Below, piece by piece: positions 49,451 through 61,522 of a DNA stretch of 64,000 nt. The notes below the pieces were generated by a model. The model ran no database searches. It was not told the DNA's origin and saw nothing but the letters and a program-made list of their open reading frames with translations. Origin of the DNA: Rhynchobatus australiae. Taxonomy: Eukaryota. The translations under genes were made by a program, and so were the position numbers. Within the stretch, counting starts at the first letter, position 1; every line of letters starts with the position of its first letter. The stretch spans positions 17,703,532-17,767,531 of the forward strand of contig JAUZTB010000127.1 in assembly GCA_034780895.1 (NCBI GenBank). Reading direction: 5' to 3'.

Positions 49451-52259
49451 CTCTCCGTTGCTGCAAGCCTTTCACACATGCTGATTATCATTTAAATGTG
49501 TCCTTACCTCCCCGACCTATGCTCCATGTGCCCGCCGCAGCGTTCCTCCGTCTGCTGTTTTACACTTTTCTTTGGTGTTATTGTATTTTGTATCCCAGAG
49601 CCGAAAGTGAGGCAGAAAGCAAGCGATCCGGTCCAAGAAGCAGGAACACTGAGCTGCAGCCGAGCCATTGAGAAGGTGAGAGGGTGGAATAAGCCACAGA
49701 GTCATACCCCACGGTAACGGGGCCTTCTGCCCACCAACTCCGCGCCGACCACCCATTTCCACTACTCCAACACTCATCCCATTTCACTCTTTCCACATTC
49801 CTCTCGACTCTCCCAAGTTTCAATGGGTCCAGTGAACAGAACTCATCCCCTTTGCCTGCAGCCCTGCCAGCATGATAGCCAACGGTACCAAGTCATTGAG
49901 GGAGTATAAGTTAAATGTCGGAGAGGACTCCCGTGAAGTCAGTTCATCGGTGTTAGATGGAAACATCCCGTAACGTGGGAAAAGATATTAGTTTAGAAAA
50001 TGAAATGCACTGGTTCTATTCCAGATGATTTACAACTGAACATCGGCGGGTGCCATTTGTCAGATCCTTCAGAAATATGTTTCATTTCCATGGGGCTCAG
50101 GAAGATCAGTGATATTTCAATTGCTTACTGAATTATCGCTGAACTATGATAGCAGCTGGACCAAGATCATAACGGATGCTGACTGGATGGATTTGTGACG
50201 CCCGTTCCCATTCAGAAGGTTCAGTTACTCACTTCCAACACCGGAACATAGAATCTAAACTGAGTGTGCAGTGCAGTTCTGAGCTACACCGTCCTGGACT
50301 ACAACAGTGATAATCATGTGAAAGTGACTATAAAGTACCTGAGATCTCCTGAGGTCATGAAATTCCTTTAAAACATTTGTCTGATCCAAAACGTTGAAGG
50401 ACGCCATATAAATGCAAACCTTTTTTTTTGCTTTTTCGTCTCCCCTTTCCCGTATTCAAGGTGAAATTCTTTGCTACATACATTGACCACACAAATGTAT
50501 TTGGACACTCGTGCAGGTTACCCATAGAATAAGTCTTCAACACTATCAGTGCCTCCTGTAGGCCATACAGCCTCATTGTTCCTGCTTCACCATTCAACAA
50601 GATCGTGGTAGGTCAGATCTTGGCCTCGGCTCCATTTTCCTGCCATACTCTTGATTCCCCTATAATCGCCAATTGCATCTATCTCAGCCTAAGAGGAACA
50701 TTGACATTTCGATCGAAGAAGCTGAAAACCATTGGACTCGAAAGTGTGAGAATGTGCTGGTTAATTCAATAATTTGAATTTACATGCAACTTTAACATTG
50801 AAAAGATATCATAAACTGTATTTGGAAGAACAGGTAGAGGAATGAAATGGGAAACAGGAAAGGAGTGGTTAGGAGATGTGATTGAAAGCTTTGTGGAAGA
50901 AATAAGGTCCAATCAGATTTTTCGAAGGACAAGAGAGAGGGATATTGGGGAGATTTTGAAGGGAAATCAAGATAGAAAATGGAGCAGCAAAATGAACATG
51001 TAGTGGCAGTTGTGGAAACAGACTATAGAACCAGTGAAGGCTCAGGGATACGGTGGAAAAGGGTCACAAGTGAATTTAAATACAAGGGTCAAGCTGAAAT
51101 GTTATGAATGGGGTGTCAACATAGGTCATCAAATACAGGGATGATAAACCAGCAGAATAGTGTGGAGAGAAGTCTTTGAATATATGCAAGGCTGAGATAG
51201 GCGGAATTGGGAACTACATGGATCTCAAGGGCGATGGAGAACCAAAAGGAATTTGAGGCCACGTTCTTATTGAATAACAGAGCAGACTTGAAGGGGTATA
51301 TGGCCAACTCCATCTATTTCTTATATTCTTATGTCCAACATGTACATTTGTAAAGGGTAAGAGGGAGGAGTACAAGGACTATCACTGGCATAGTTGAACT
51401 TGTAAATCTTAGACATGTATTAAGTATTGATGGTGGTGAACTGAGATAGGTCAGTGTTAAGTGGTGGAGCCTCACTGAAGCCAGCCCACTGCCTTCAATC
51501 CCCTGGTCCAGATGCTTAGAACAGATTCCACTGCTATCTTGCATGGGGGGGAGGGATCTCCCTTGGATCCCATGAGTCATGTTTCAGAGGTGAAAAGTCT
51601 GAACTTCCAACAAAATATTAAGCTTGTCCCCCAGGTAATATTTAAATTCAAATTTTGAACTTTAAAATGAAATTTGGTGATTGTGATAGTCACCTTATGT
51701 ATTGCACATCAAGGCACGTGGTATTAATTTTTCCAGCAAATTATTTCTATTTTGCAGGACATGCTGGCACTAAAATTAAAAACAGGAAATGCTTGAAATA
51801 TTCGGCAGGTCAGGCAGCATCTGCAGTGAGAGAAATGGAGTTAATGGTTCAGGTCAATGGCCTTTCTTCAGAACTGGGAAAGTTAGCAATCAAGGATGCA
51901 GTTGGAGAGAAGGGGGAGTGTGGAGAGAGCAAAGATAATGCCTGTGATCGGGCAGAGACTAAGAGAAAATGAATGACATAAATCGATGGATGAAAACAAA
52001 AACTGCAGATGCTGGAAATCAGAAATAAAAACCGAAAGTTCTGGAACACTTCAGTTTTGCTGTAGGTTATTCATCTATAATACTATTTCAATGTTTCTCT
52101 CTCCACTGACACTGTCTTGATCAGCAGGACTTCTCCTACAATTCTGACCCTGATTTCACAGATTTTACAAGTCCCTTTGTTTGCTTCCCTCATTAATCTA
52201 TCAACCAGATATCTTCACCATCAGCTTTTCATCACAACAACTCTATCCCAGATATTCCC

Positions 52260-52580
52260 CCTTTTTTAAGAAAAACAAGTTTTTTTCAAGTACTACAATA
52301 CTACAGCAATCGCTATGAACTACAACAATAACGAACACAAACTAAATTAAAATATTCCCATGCTCATCCGGGATGCAGTTTATCCCCTTTGGTGCCCAGC
52401 AGTCCTGGAACACCTCCATTGTGCCTGCGTGTTCTTTCTCCAGGGATACCCGGGCATGAACATACCCCTGGAAGACTGCCGGCCAGAGTCCTCAGCTGCC
52501 TGCCTCCACGGATAGCTAGCTTGGCCAACCCCAAGAGCAAGGCTACCAGGACATCCTCCCCCCCCGACCTGCCCCCCGAG
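52260..52580 (-). mobile_element. 5'-truncated L1/Tx1-clade LINE 3' end with a 10-bp TSD
   Basis: Minus-strand peptide EDVLVALLLGLAKLAI, typical of the Tx1 ORF2 C-terminus; A-rich tail; agatattccc at 52250-52259 and 52581-52590. Confidence 0.65.
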
Positions 52581-52828
52581 AGATATTCCCTCTGTCCTAT
52601 CCATCCTTGCACTACTTTCTGTGTGACTTTAAACTAACTTGTTTTCCTTCTTTCCCAGTTCTGAAGAAGGGTCTTCAGCCTGAAACATTCTGCTTCTCTC
52701 TCCACAGATGCTGTCTGACCAGCTGAGTGTTTGCACCATTTTCTCTTTTTTAATGTCATAGATTGGTGGTGGCTGAGAGAACGTTGTGAAAGTTTCTTAA
52801 TTGCATCTAATCTGCCTGGAGGAGGTGT

Positions 52829-52853
52829 AGAGAGAGAGAGAGAGAGAGAGAGA
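52829..52853. repeat. (AG)n microsatellite
   Basis: Read directly. Confidence 0.9.
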
Positions 52854-53169
52854 GTTGGGGAGAGTGGAAAGAAATGCTAGAACTGTAATATATAGTTGGT
52901 GGAAATCTGAAGTAAAAGAATAAGCTGGAAAAAGTCCAACAGGTCGGGCAGCATCTGAGGAGAGAGAAAAACTGCTGCCTGGTGCTGGGTTCTTGGACTT
53001 TTGAGGTGGGCATAGCAACGATAAGTCAAATGATTTCCCCCGTGTCATTAGTTCATGATTCCTTGTGGGACTGCTCAGCTCGCACGCAAGACCGATCTTT
53101 ACAATGATATACCAACAATGTAATTCGACCGATTGCACATATTTCTGCTTTTGCAGATTACCAGGAAAG

Positions 53170-53571
53170 ATGCAACTTGTGGCCTTGAGCTCGACTGAGC
53201 AGTTCGGCTCAGATCCACTTTCCTTCCACACAAGTGCGAGGACCCACTCTTCCAGAGGGTCACAATCCCGGCCAGAGTTTCAAGCGGAGCTCAGCGGCGC
53301 GCCCGAAGGCGAGAGGTACACCAACTGGGTCTTCTATCACAAGCCCGTAACCGTCTTCGTCATTGGAGTTTTCGCCTTGCTGGCCGGCGTCATCCTCACC
53401 ATCCTGTACTTCATTCGGCTGGTCGAGGTCCCTTATGTCCTTGGGCCAGTGTGCCTCTCCATTGGATTGATGTTCATGGTCACCGGCCTCGTGTGGATCC
53501 CGATCGTTAAGGAAAAGATCAGGCAGAACGGATTAATAAGGAAACTGCACGCCCGACAGTCCGCTGCGTGA
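53170..53571 (+). CDS. PIRT/TMEM100-family two-TM protein (PIRT-like), 133 aa, single coding exon
   Basis: NWVFYHKP, TM1, GPVCLSIGLMFMVTGLVWIPIVKEK matches the remembered PIRT pattern NWEIYRKP ... [25 protein letters not shown]. Basic C-tail. Acceptor ttttgcag| at 53156, AAGATGC start, AATAAA at 54061. Confidence 0.88.
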   Translation: MQLVALSSTEQFGSDPLSFHTSARTHSSRGSQSRPEFQAELSGAPEGERYTNWVFYHKPVTVFVIGVFALLAGVILTILYFIRLVEVPYVLGPVCLSIGLMFMVTGLVWIPIVKEKIRQNGLIRKLHARQSAA

Positions 53572-54159
53572 TGCACGCGTTAGCTTGGGCTTCTCGGACA
53601 CACGCGTGGTTCAAAGGGAACATCGCCCTGCGGCGTCCTGTCCTGCCCTGTCAATGCATCAGCCTCACTTTAGCCGGTTATCAGCGTTATTACACCCGCA
53701 GCTCTTCTGGCAATTAGCTGCGAGTCCCCACTCTTTACATTGTCAGTGATCACCTCACTACCTTTAATCCCTCACTTTCGGGATCACCGACCGCCTGAGG
53801 TGTCCCAACCCTCATCGTGGACTTTAATCGGACCAATGACCACCTCTGAATCCTCGGCCNNNNNNNNNNNNNNNNNNNNNNNNNNNNNNNNNNNNNNNNN
53901 NNNNNNNNNNNNNNNNNNNNNNNNNNNNNNNNNNNNNNNNNNNNNNNNNNNNNNNNNNNCCTCCCCCCCCACCACCCTACACAGTACGGATTAGAATTCA
54001 AATAATGGACGGGGAATGGCGATTTCAAAGTCGTACAGCAGTTTTTTTCTGGGTTCGGAAAATAAATGTCCGCTTTCTGATTGCCAGGAGCGCAGACATG
54101 TTTTATTCGGTATTGTCCGTTTCCTTAAATTACAACGTAACTCTGTTCCTCCCTCTCCA

Positions 54160-55267
54160 AATGGTAGACTGGTTGGAGAGTTGGAACATGTGGAATCCAG
54201 GGTGTGGTAGCCAGCTGGATACAACATTGGCGGTGGAAGGAGGCAGAGGGCGGTAGTGGAGGGTTGTTTTTTAGACTGGAGGACAGTGACCAGTGGTATG
54301 CCGCAGAGTACACAGCTGCTTGCTGTCTCTATTAACGATCTGGATGAAAATGTTGTTAATATGGTGAGTAAGTTTGTGGACGATATCACATTTGGTGGTA
54401 TGGTGGACAGAGAAGAGGGTTATCTAGGTTTAGGAAGGGATCTAGACCAACTTGGGCAGTGGGCCAGAAAATGGCAAATGGAATTTAACTCAGACAAGTG
54501 CAAGGTATTGTACTTTGGTAAGTTAAACCAGGGCAGGACTTGCAGAGTAAATGGTTAGGGCCCTGGAAAGTGTTGTAGAACAGAGGGACTTCGGAGTACA
54601 AGAACATAGTTCCCTGAAGGTGGGGATACAGGTAGACAGGGTGGTGAAGAAGGCATTTGGCATGCTTGCCTTCATCAGTCAGGGCACTGAGGACAAGAGT
54701 TGGGACATCATGATCCAACTGTACAAGACCCTGGTGAGTCCACACTTGGAGTACTGTGTGCAGTTCTGGCCGCCCAGCTATGGGAAGAATGTCATTAAGC
54801 AGGACAGGGTGCAGAAAAGATTCACAATGGAACTGGAGGACTTGAGCTATAGGGAAAGACTGGACAGGCTGGGACTTGTTAGCCCTGGAGCACAGGAGGC
54901 TGCGGGCGACCTTATTCAGATTTATAAAATCATGAGGGACACAGTTAAGGTCACAGTCTTTTTCCCAGGGTAGGGGAGCCTAAAACTAGAGGACTTAGGT
55001 TTAAGGTGAGTGGGGAGAGATTCAAAAGGGATCTGAGGGGCAACTTTTTCACACAGAGGGTGGTACATACATGGAATGAGCTGCCGGGCAAGTGGTAGAG
55101 GCGGGTACAATTACAACGCTTCAAAGACATTTAGACAGGTACATGGATAGGAACGGTTTAGATACGGGTCAAACGCGGGGAAATGGGAGTAGCTCAAGGA
55201 GACAACTTGATGGGCATGGGCGAGTCAAGGGCCTGTTTCCATGCTGTACAACTGTGACTCTATGACT
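54160..55267 (+). mobile_element. CR1 LINE 3' half with frameshifted RT
   Basis: VTSGMPQ, INDLDE, SKFVDD, WQMEFNSDKCKV, LYKTLVSPHLEYCVQFW; tail gggcctgtttccatgctgta ... ctctatgact. Confidence 0.85.
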
Positions 55268-57689
55268 GAAATGCTGCCTGACCTCTTGGATATTTACTGC
55301 GTTCTCTGTTTTTATTACGATGTCGATGTGGATTTATGAAGGCGATTGAGGTGATCCCCTGCCCAGCCCACTGCACTGATGGGGATTTGGGAGAAAGCGA
55401 CATCTCCTGACATCCCTCGTTGTTGCCCCTCGCCAATCCGCACTTCTCTCCTTTGTCATCTCCCGCTGCACTGAAGTTCCGTCCACAATGTTCCTGCAGC
55501 CCAGCCTTCATTTTCCGATTACAGCAGTCTCTAATTCTTCACTAATTTAATCTATAATGCCAGAATAATGATTGGGCTACAGGAAAATAATTTAAAATGA
55601 AAATGGAAACTGATAAATTCATGGTCATTTTATCATACAGCTCAGAAATGGGCCCTTCTGCCCATCATGTCCATGCTGACCGTCATGCGTCCATCTATAC
55701 TCATTTCCATGTACCAGCACTTGGTAGGTCGCTTCCTACGCCTCGGCGAATCAAGTGCTCGTTTAGATACGCCTCTTAAATGCTGTGATAGCACCTGACT
55801 TCACCACCGCTCAGGCAGAAACTGCTTTATCATACGACTGCCCTCTTTTAGTTTGTTCTCTATCTAATTACGGCATCCGTTTCCCTCTCTTTTTCTCATA
55901 CACCATGCAGTAGAATTTTATTCACAATAGTACTTAATAGACATAATGTTTAACATTTTTTGATTTAATTGACACAGTGAGCATTAAATTCACAGCATAA
56001 TATTGCATGTTATCGAAAATAAAGTTAAATACTTTCTGTTACAATTGAAATATATTTCAAGATTTTCTATTTGATACAAAAGGAAGAAAACTTTGGTTCA
56101 GAGGTTTCCTGAAATGTTTTAGAATATAAAACCTTTGTAAGATAACAACCTAAATCTGAATCTCGTCAAATATCTAATGTACAGTGCATGTAATGAAAAT
56201 TGACTAGGAGCGTTTAACCATTGTATTCGTTTAATATTTTGGACATGTAATCCTTTAATAAACATAGGAGTTAATTTAACAGAATATCTGCTTGCAAAAG
56301 TATTTTCAATGCTTTCGGGGAACATTTATACTGTCCCATAAATGCCTAATACATAAGTGCCAACATTGCTTTAACGATTAGCTTGTCTGCTACTTATACG
56401 TCTGGAGCACTGTTAGAGTTGGTGCTTTACAGAAAGGAGACTATAATGGTAAACCATAATCTACATATAAAGAAGGGCTAGTTACCAGACGTTTATTTTT
56501 TCCATAAAGCAGTGAATGTGGCTGCATTTCTAATAATTATAAGTGTGCATGAAACCTTTGCTAACGGCTGCAGTAGCTTTAGTGTCAGTGGCCTGTCATG
56601 GCAGGTGTTCGATGTTCTACTACAAGATAAAATAAGTGTGATTCTGATGCTGCCAAGTTACTGAGTTCACCCACACATCATATTTCAGATTATTGCAATA
56701 CTTAAATCGTATTGTTTTTGATAAAGATATCCATAGGTCAACAGAGTCTGGATGACAGAAAAGCAGACCCCAGCCGCATATACAATTCGTACTAGGACAA
56801 TTGGGGCTATTTCGTGAAAGTATGACTCTCACACCCTTGAGATTCATTTGTAGGCAATGGCATTTTTTTTTAAATGTAAGAGTCAAGAAGTGGCTGTATC
56901 AGTCTGAGAAATGATCCACCTCAAAGAACCTTCAGTCTGCGCGCACGGAACGATTTCATCACAAAACGGTACCGTGGGATATAGTTGTAAAACGACAGGA
57001 TTTCGAACTCTTTGCAGTATACAAGGTAGTACTGTGGACACTGATGATGAGTAATATTAACACCTACCCCAACTACCAATAGCAGTGAGGCACGACGCCC
57101 TAAACAAAGTTTTATGAAGTTGTGGGAGATCATGTCAGAAAATCTAGATAAGAAATCTCAACACTTTCAGGATGCACTTTGTGCCACGTGGTTTGGGAGT
57201 GACCATCTGAAAGTAGATTGTGTGCTTTCCCTTTACAGAAGGTTTTTATACAGTTGGCAGCAGTGCAAAGTTGAGGCGACTTGGTTATGTGAGGCGCGAA
57301 CGTTTGCTTTCCTCGCTGCGATGCACCACGTTCCGCTGTCAGTGCGAGGGGCGTGGGAGGGTCTGCTCCACGATGAAAGCACAACATTAATTCAAATTCA
57401 AGAACACAGCAGTCGGCCGTCGGCAGCCTGTCAGCCTTGATACCTGACTGACCTCTTTCGATTTGCCCAGTGAACTCATTCGACACGCTTCACATCGTTT
57501 GAGAACCGCAAGGAGTTTCAGTCTTGCGGAAAATATCCCTTCTAGCGACTAAGAGGCAGGCAAGGCCCGCGTTGTTTTGTCCACAAGGCAGTAAATTCCT
57601 AACTTCCGTAAGCAAACATTTAGATGTTTTCTCAAGCGAATGAGTACGACTAAGAATGAACGAATCCCCCCCAAATTTTGCAACAGTGC

Positions 57690-57870
57690 AACATTTGGAA
57701 GATAAAAGAGCAACAAACAATCTGCCGGAGGAACTCAGCGGGTCGAGCAGCATCTGTGGAGGTTGTCGACAGTCCTGATGCAGGGAGTCAACAGTTCCTT
57801 CCACCCACTCGCCGCCCCCCCACCCCCACCACAGATGCTGCCCGAGCCGCCCAGTTCCTCCAGCCTCTTG
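57690..57870. mobile_element. Short palindromic copy of the inverted-terminus family upstream of TMEM238-like
   Basis: 57725-57759 and 57829-57863 are reverse complements at 30 of 35 positions. Confidence 0.75.
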
Positions 57871-57989
57871 AGTCTCCTTAGAAAAGAAAGGGAGCCGGCG
57901 AGGGTGGTTTGGAGAATAACAATCTGCCAAGGGTCCTTGAGTTGGTCTGTGTTCCCTCCCTCTCTCTCTCTCTCTCTGTCTCTCAGCTC

Positions 57990-58710
57990 CAGTGGATTCC
58001 AGGTCGACGTGTACAACCGAAAGCGCCAAGTGCAGCCGCGGTGCCTGGTTCCTCGGCCTGCGAGGCACCAGCTCCGCCCCCGGGTGACGTGCAGCCAGGT
58101 GCTGCGCCCAGGTGAATGGGCAGCTTGTGTTGGCTGCGACCTTTCCCCCGCCGCTCCTGTGCGGGCGGGTGTAACGCGCTGGTGCCGCTATGGCGTTCCA
58201 GCAGGCTGGCTTGGGTCGCTGTGCCTGCGCCTTCTGGCTGGCGATTGCCTTCGACGCGGTGGGGCTGACCGTGCTGCTGGTCGGCGTCTTCGTCAACGTC
58301 TTCTTCTACGACTTCCTGATCTACGCCGGCTCCATCGTGATCTTCATGAGCTTGGTCTGGTGGATCTTCTGGTACACGGGCAACATCGAGGTGCCGCTCG
58401 ACGAGCTGGAGGACGACGTGGGTCTCAAGAAGGAGGCCAAGCTGACGGGCTTCTTCAGGAGTTTCTCCAGGAGACTGTCGCAGAGTTGGAGGAGCAAGGG
58501 GGCGAGGACGCCGTCCAGCACCTTGACCACCCGGACAAACGAGGCGGTCAGCTCGGCGGACAGCAGGAGGAGAGAGTGTCCGAACCAGATCTGTGCGGCT
58601 GACACGCCTCTGAAGACCCTGTCCGCCTCCGTGAGCTCCGAGGTGAACTTCAGCCCGCTGGACAAAGAGACAGACACGGGAAACGTGACCATCTAGCCGG
58701 GTAACAAGTG
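57990..58710 (+). promoter_or_regulatory. CpG island covering the TMEM238-like promoter and CDS
   Basis: Dense CpG; GC box CTCCGCCCC at 58072, TGACGT at 58085, paired CAGGTG at 58096 and 58109. Confidence 0.7.
58190..58696 (+). CDS. TMEM238-family two-TM protein (TMEM238-like), 168 aa, single coding exon
   Basis: GLGRC...AFDAVG...GVF...DFLIYAG...[12 protein letters not shown]...ELEDDVGL...SRRLS family motifs; strong GC3 bias; GCTATGG start context; inside a CpG island. Confidence 0.92.
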   Translation: MAFQQAGLGRCACAFWLAIAFDAVGLTVLLVGVFVNVFFYDFLIYAGSIVIFMSLVWWIFWYTGNIEVPLDELEDDVGLKKEAKLTGFFRSFSRRLSQSWRSKGARTPSSTLTTRTNEAVSSADSRRRECPNQICAADTPLKTLSASVSSEVNFSPLDKETDTGNVTI

Positions 58711-59186
58711 CTGACTTATCCACCTTAGCGAGGTTTTATATTTTGTGTGCTTACTGTGCGAGGAGAGTTTGCCTTGTGGCTAATAATTAACCGTCCCTGC
58801 TGCTGGGCTGTTGGGAAATTGAGCTGTGAGATCTGGGAGCTGTTTACCGTGCGCTACGTTACTGGGTGGGGGCTTTAATGCAACGTCGTTCATTGAAAGC
58901 CCTTCCGCAGGCAGGCAAGGCTCTGGAAGGCTCTCCAATGTTTCAAAGACTTTAGAAAGAGATGGTTTGCTGGGAAAGTTTCATACACTTGGGGCAGAGG
59001 CTTCCGCGACATCATCCCCCCCTTCTCAGTGTTGTCCGTGACATCATAATTGAGACTCAGTCGGTGTTTCAGCAGCTCGCTGTTACCGGGTTTGTACCTC
59101 ACTGTTATCCGACAGAAAGTGCTGATTAGCCCTAAGTACGTGTCACCACTTTAGCCACATGCATTCACATCTTTTACTACTGCATA

Positions 59187-59262
59187 ATTAGTAAAATACA
59201 TTAGTATACATTATATATTTAATACATAGTATTAAATACATTAATATACATTAGTATATTTT
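59187..59262. repeat. AT-rich imperfect tandem repeat, unit close to atacattagt
   Basis: Repeated atacatta(g/a)ta units. Confidence 0.6.
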
Positions 59263-61289
59263 ATCAAGTTCATTTTAATTAAAANNNNNNNNNNNNNNNN
59301 NNNNNNNNNNNNNNNNNNNNNNNNNNNNNNNNNNNNNNNNNNNNNNNNNNNNNNNNNNNNNNNNNNNNNNNNNNNNNNNNNNNNTCATCAACCGCATGCC
59401 CCTTTGACTTTCAAATGAATCCAAATTTTTCTTTTAATAGTAACGATATCCAAAATATGGTCCAGTGTTAATGTATGACATATTGTCTATTTTGCGGTTC
59501 AATAGTGCAACGAAATCAGTCAAGAAATATATGTAACATAATAGCTGAAATAAATTTAATTTTTAATGCAGCAAGGCTTTTGTTGTAAGTATAGATGGTT
59601 ATATAGATAGTGATAAAATATCTGTAAATACAAGGTTAGTGTGCTCTCTTCTTGAGCAGAAATAATTGCCACGGAAACATTGTAAGTGGAATTTTAGAGA
59701 TTCCACAAGGAATGCAGTGCGATATGGTCAAATTCTCTCAAATGGGAAGATCTGTATGGATAATGCTATAAAGGTCCATTTTTAGTGTTGATTCCATTAG
59801 CATTCTCACTAGTGGGGACACATCCGGAGCGCTAAACAAGGTACAAACGGGAAAGGAAACACCTCTGGTGAAATGTGATAGGTAGTGTTACCCAGCAATT
59901 TGTACTGAGGCCTCAGCTTATTAATGAGTTGAATGGAGAGTGAATTGTACGTCCAAGTTTGCAGATGACGGTAAATTAGAAGGAAAAGTAAGAAACTGCA
60001 AAGCGACAGAGGCAAACTGAGTGTTCAAAACTATGATAGATGTTGTATAAAACATTCCATTTTTGATCCGAGAGATACAAATTGGAATCTCTTTTTTAAT
60101 TTTAATGACTTAGAAGAGCAAAGGAAGTCAGGTGCCTATGCACAGAGCTTAATAAAAACTACTGCATAAAATAATGGCGAATGAAACATTGGCATTTATC
60201 TAAATAGGATGCAAAGAAATCTGGGGTCATACCCCAGATGGAGCATTACATTGAGCTTTGGGTCTAAACCTTTGGAAATCCTTGGAGGGTTTTTATCATA
60301 GAAGTACAGGAACAATAACAGGGATTATGAGAATGATCTTCATAAACTGTTTTCTAACAGTATTAAACCCAAGAAGATATCTTTACTGTTCATTAAATGA
60401 GTCATGGAATTTTTCAAATTAAACTACAATCCTTGACAGTATTTTAACTCTCCTGATATTGCATCGGAGCATTAATCTAGAGTGTAACTACAAAAATCCT
60501 CATATAGAACTAATGTGCACAAAGCTGTCATCAAGCTAACATCTAGAAATTCAGTTTTAATAACTGAACTAACTTGGTACAGGAATTTCCAAAAATGAGG
60601 GCATAGAGGGAGATAATAAATCATAAATAGGTGGAATATAGGAAAAAAGTAGACAGAACAAGATAGTGCGGGAGATAATTCATATTACACTTTATTTATC
60701 ACAATGAGGATGTATCTGAAATTGAAATGATAAAAGTTTGAAGGAAGGGTTTGAAGTGGTTTTCCCTGATCATTGGATAAATTGAACACAAGAACACTGA
60801 AGGATAATCACTGCACACTATTAATCAACATCATACAATTTTATTCTTATTAGTTTAAACAGAAATTAAATTGGGTTTTCAGTATACAGTAAGTGTCCTT
60901 ATGGATGTTTGCTCCTGGCAGCTGATTTTCTCATACTTCCAAGCTCAAGCAATGCAATAGTTCCCAAGGCCATCACAACTGAACTGTTTATGTCCTTGAC
61001 AGACATTTGTACTTGTACACTATTAGCTGTGGTTACAAATGGAAATCTTGGTTGGATTTTTATTTTTGATCCTGGGATACCAATGATTGTATCCCTGTTG
61101 GTAACCTACTGAGAGACAATTACACCTGCATTTTTCCAAGTCTCTGCAATCTATGTTACTCAAGAAATTGCAAGATTTAATTTTAAATGACAAATTAAAA
61201 TGATCTGTGGATTGGGAAGAGATTCTGCGAATACACTGATATTTTTCCCCAATGGTTTGATTCCCTATGTGAAGATCCCTTTGTAATAG

Positions 61290-61522
61290 GAAGGATGTGG
61301 AGAGGGTGCAGAGGAGATTTACCAGGATGTTGCCTGGATTAGAGCATATGGAATATGAGGAGAGGCTTAAGGTGCTAGGGCTTTACTCACTGGAGAGGAG
61401 GAGGATGNNNNNNNNNNNNNNNNNNNNNNNNNNNNNNNNNNNNNNNNNNNNNNNNNNNNNNNNNNNNNNNNNNNNNNNNNNNNNNNNNNNNNNNNNNNNN
61501 NNNNNNNCTATGTTCTATGGTT
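61290..61522 (+). mobile_element. CR1 3' fragment spanning a gap
   Basis: [30 protein letters not shown]; ctatgttctatg tail. Confidence 0.75.

Larger units (their letters stand above)
51775..52975. mobile_element. Cluster of inverted-terminus family arms with a nested Tx1-like insertion
   Basis: Arms near 51785-51880, 52000-52050, 52655-52745 and 52905-52970. Confidence 0.6.

Noticed and set aside
53065-53169. N-terminal extension of the PIRT-like ORF (168-aa call)
   Set aside because: It starts at a non-ATG codon and crosses a pyrimidine tract and CAG acceptor at 53156; ATG 53170 gives the family-typical length.
57950-57986. Pyrimidine tract plus CAG upstream of TMEM238-like, suggesting splicing from PIRT-like
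   Set aside because: A (CT)n microsatellite explains it, and promoter-like motifs lie downstream of it.
57490-58723. Long overlapping ORFs of 279 aa (+), 268 aa (-) and 246 aa (-) around TMEM238-like
   Set aside because: Shadow ORFs of a GC3-rich CDS and CpG island; two run through a repeat and a microsatellite; no recognisable domain.
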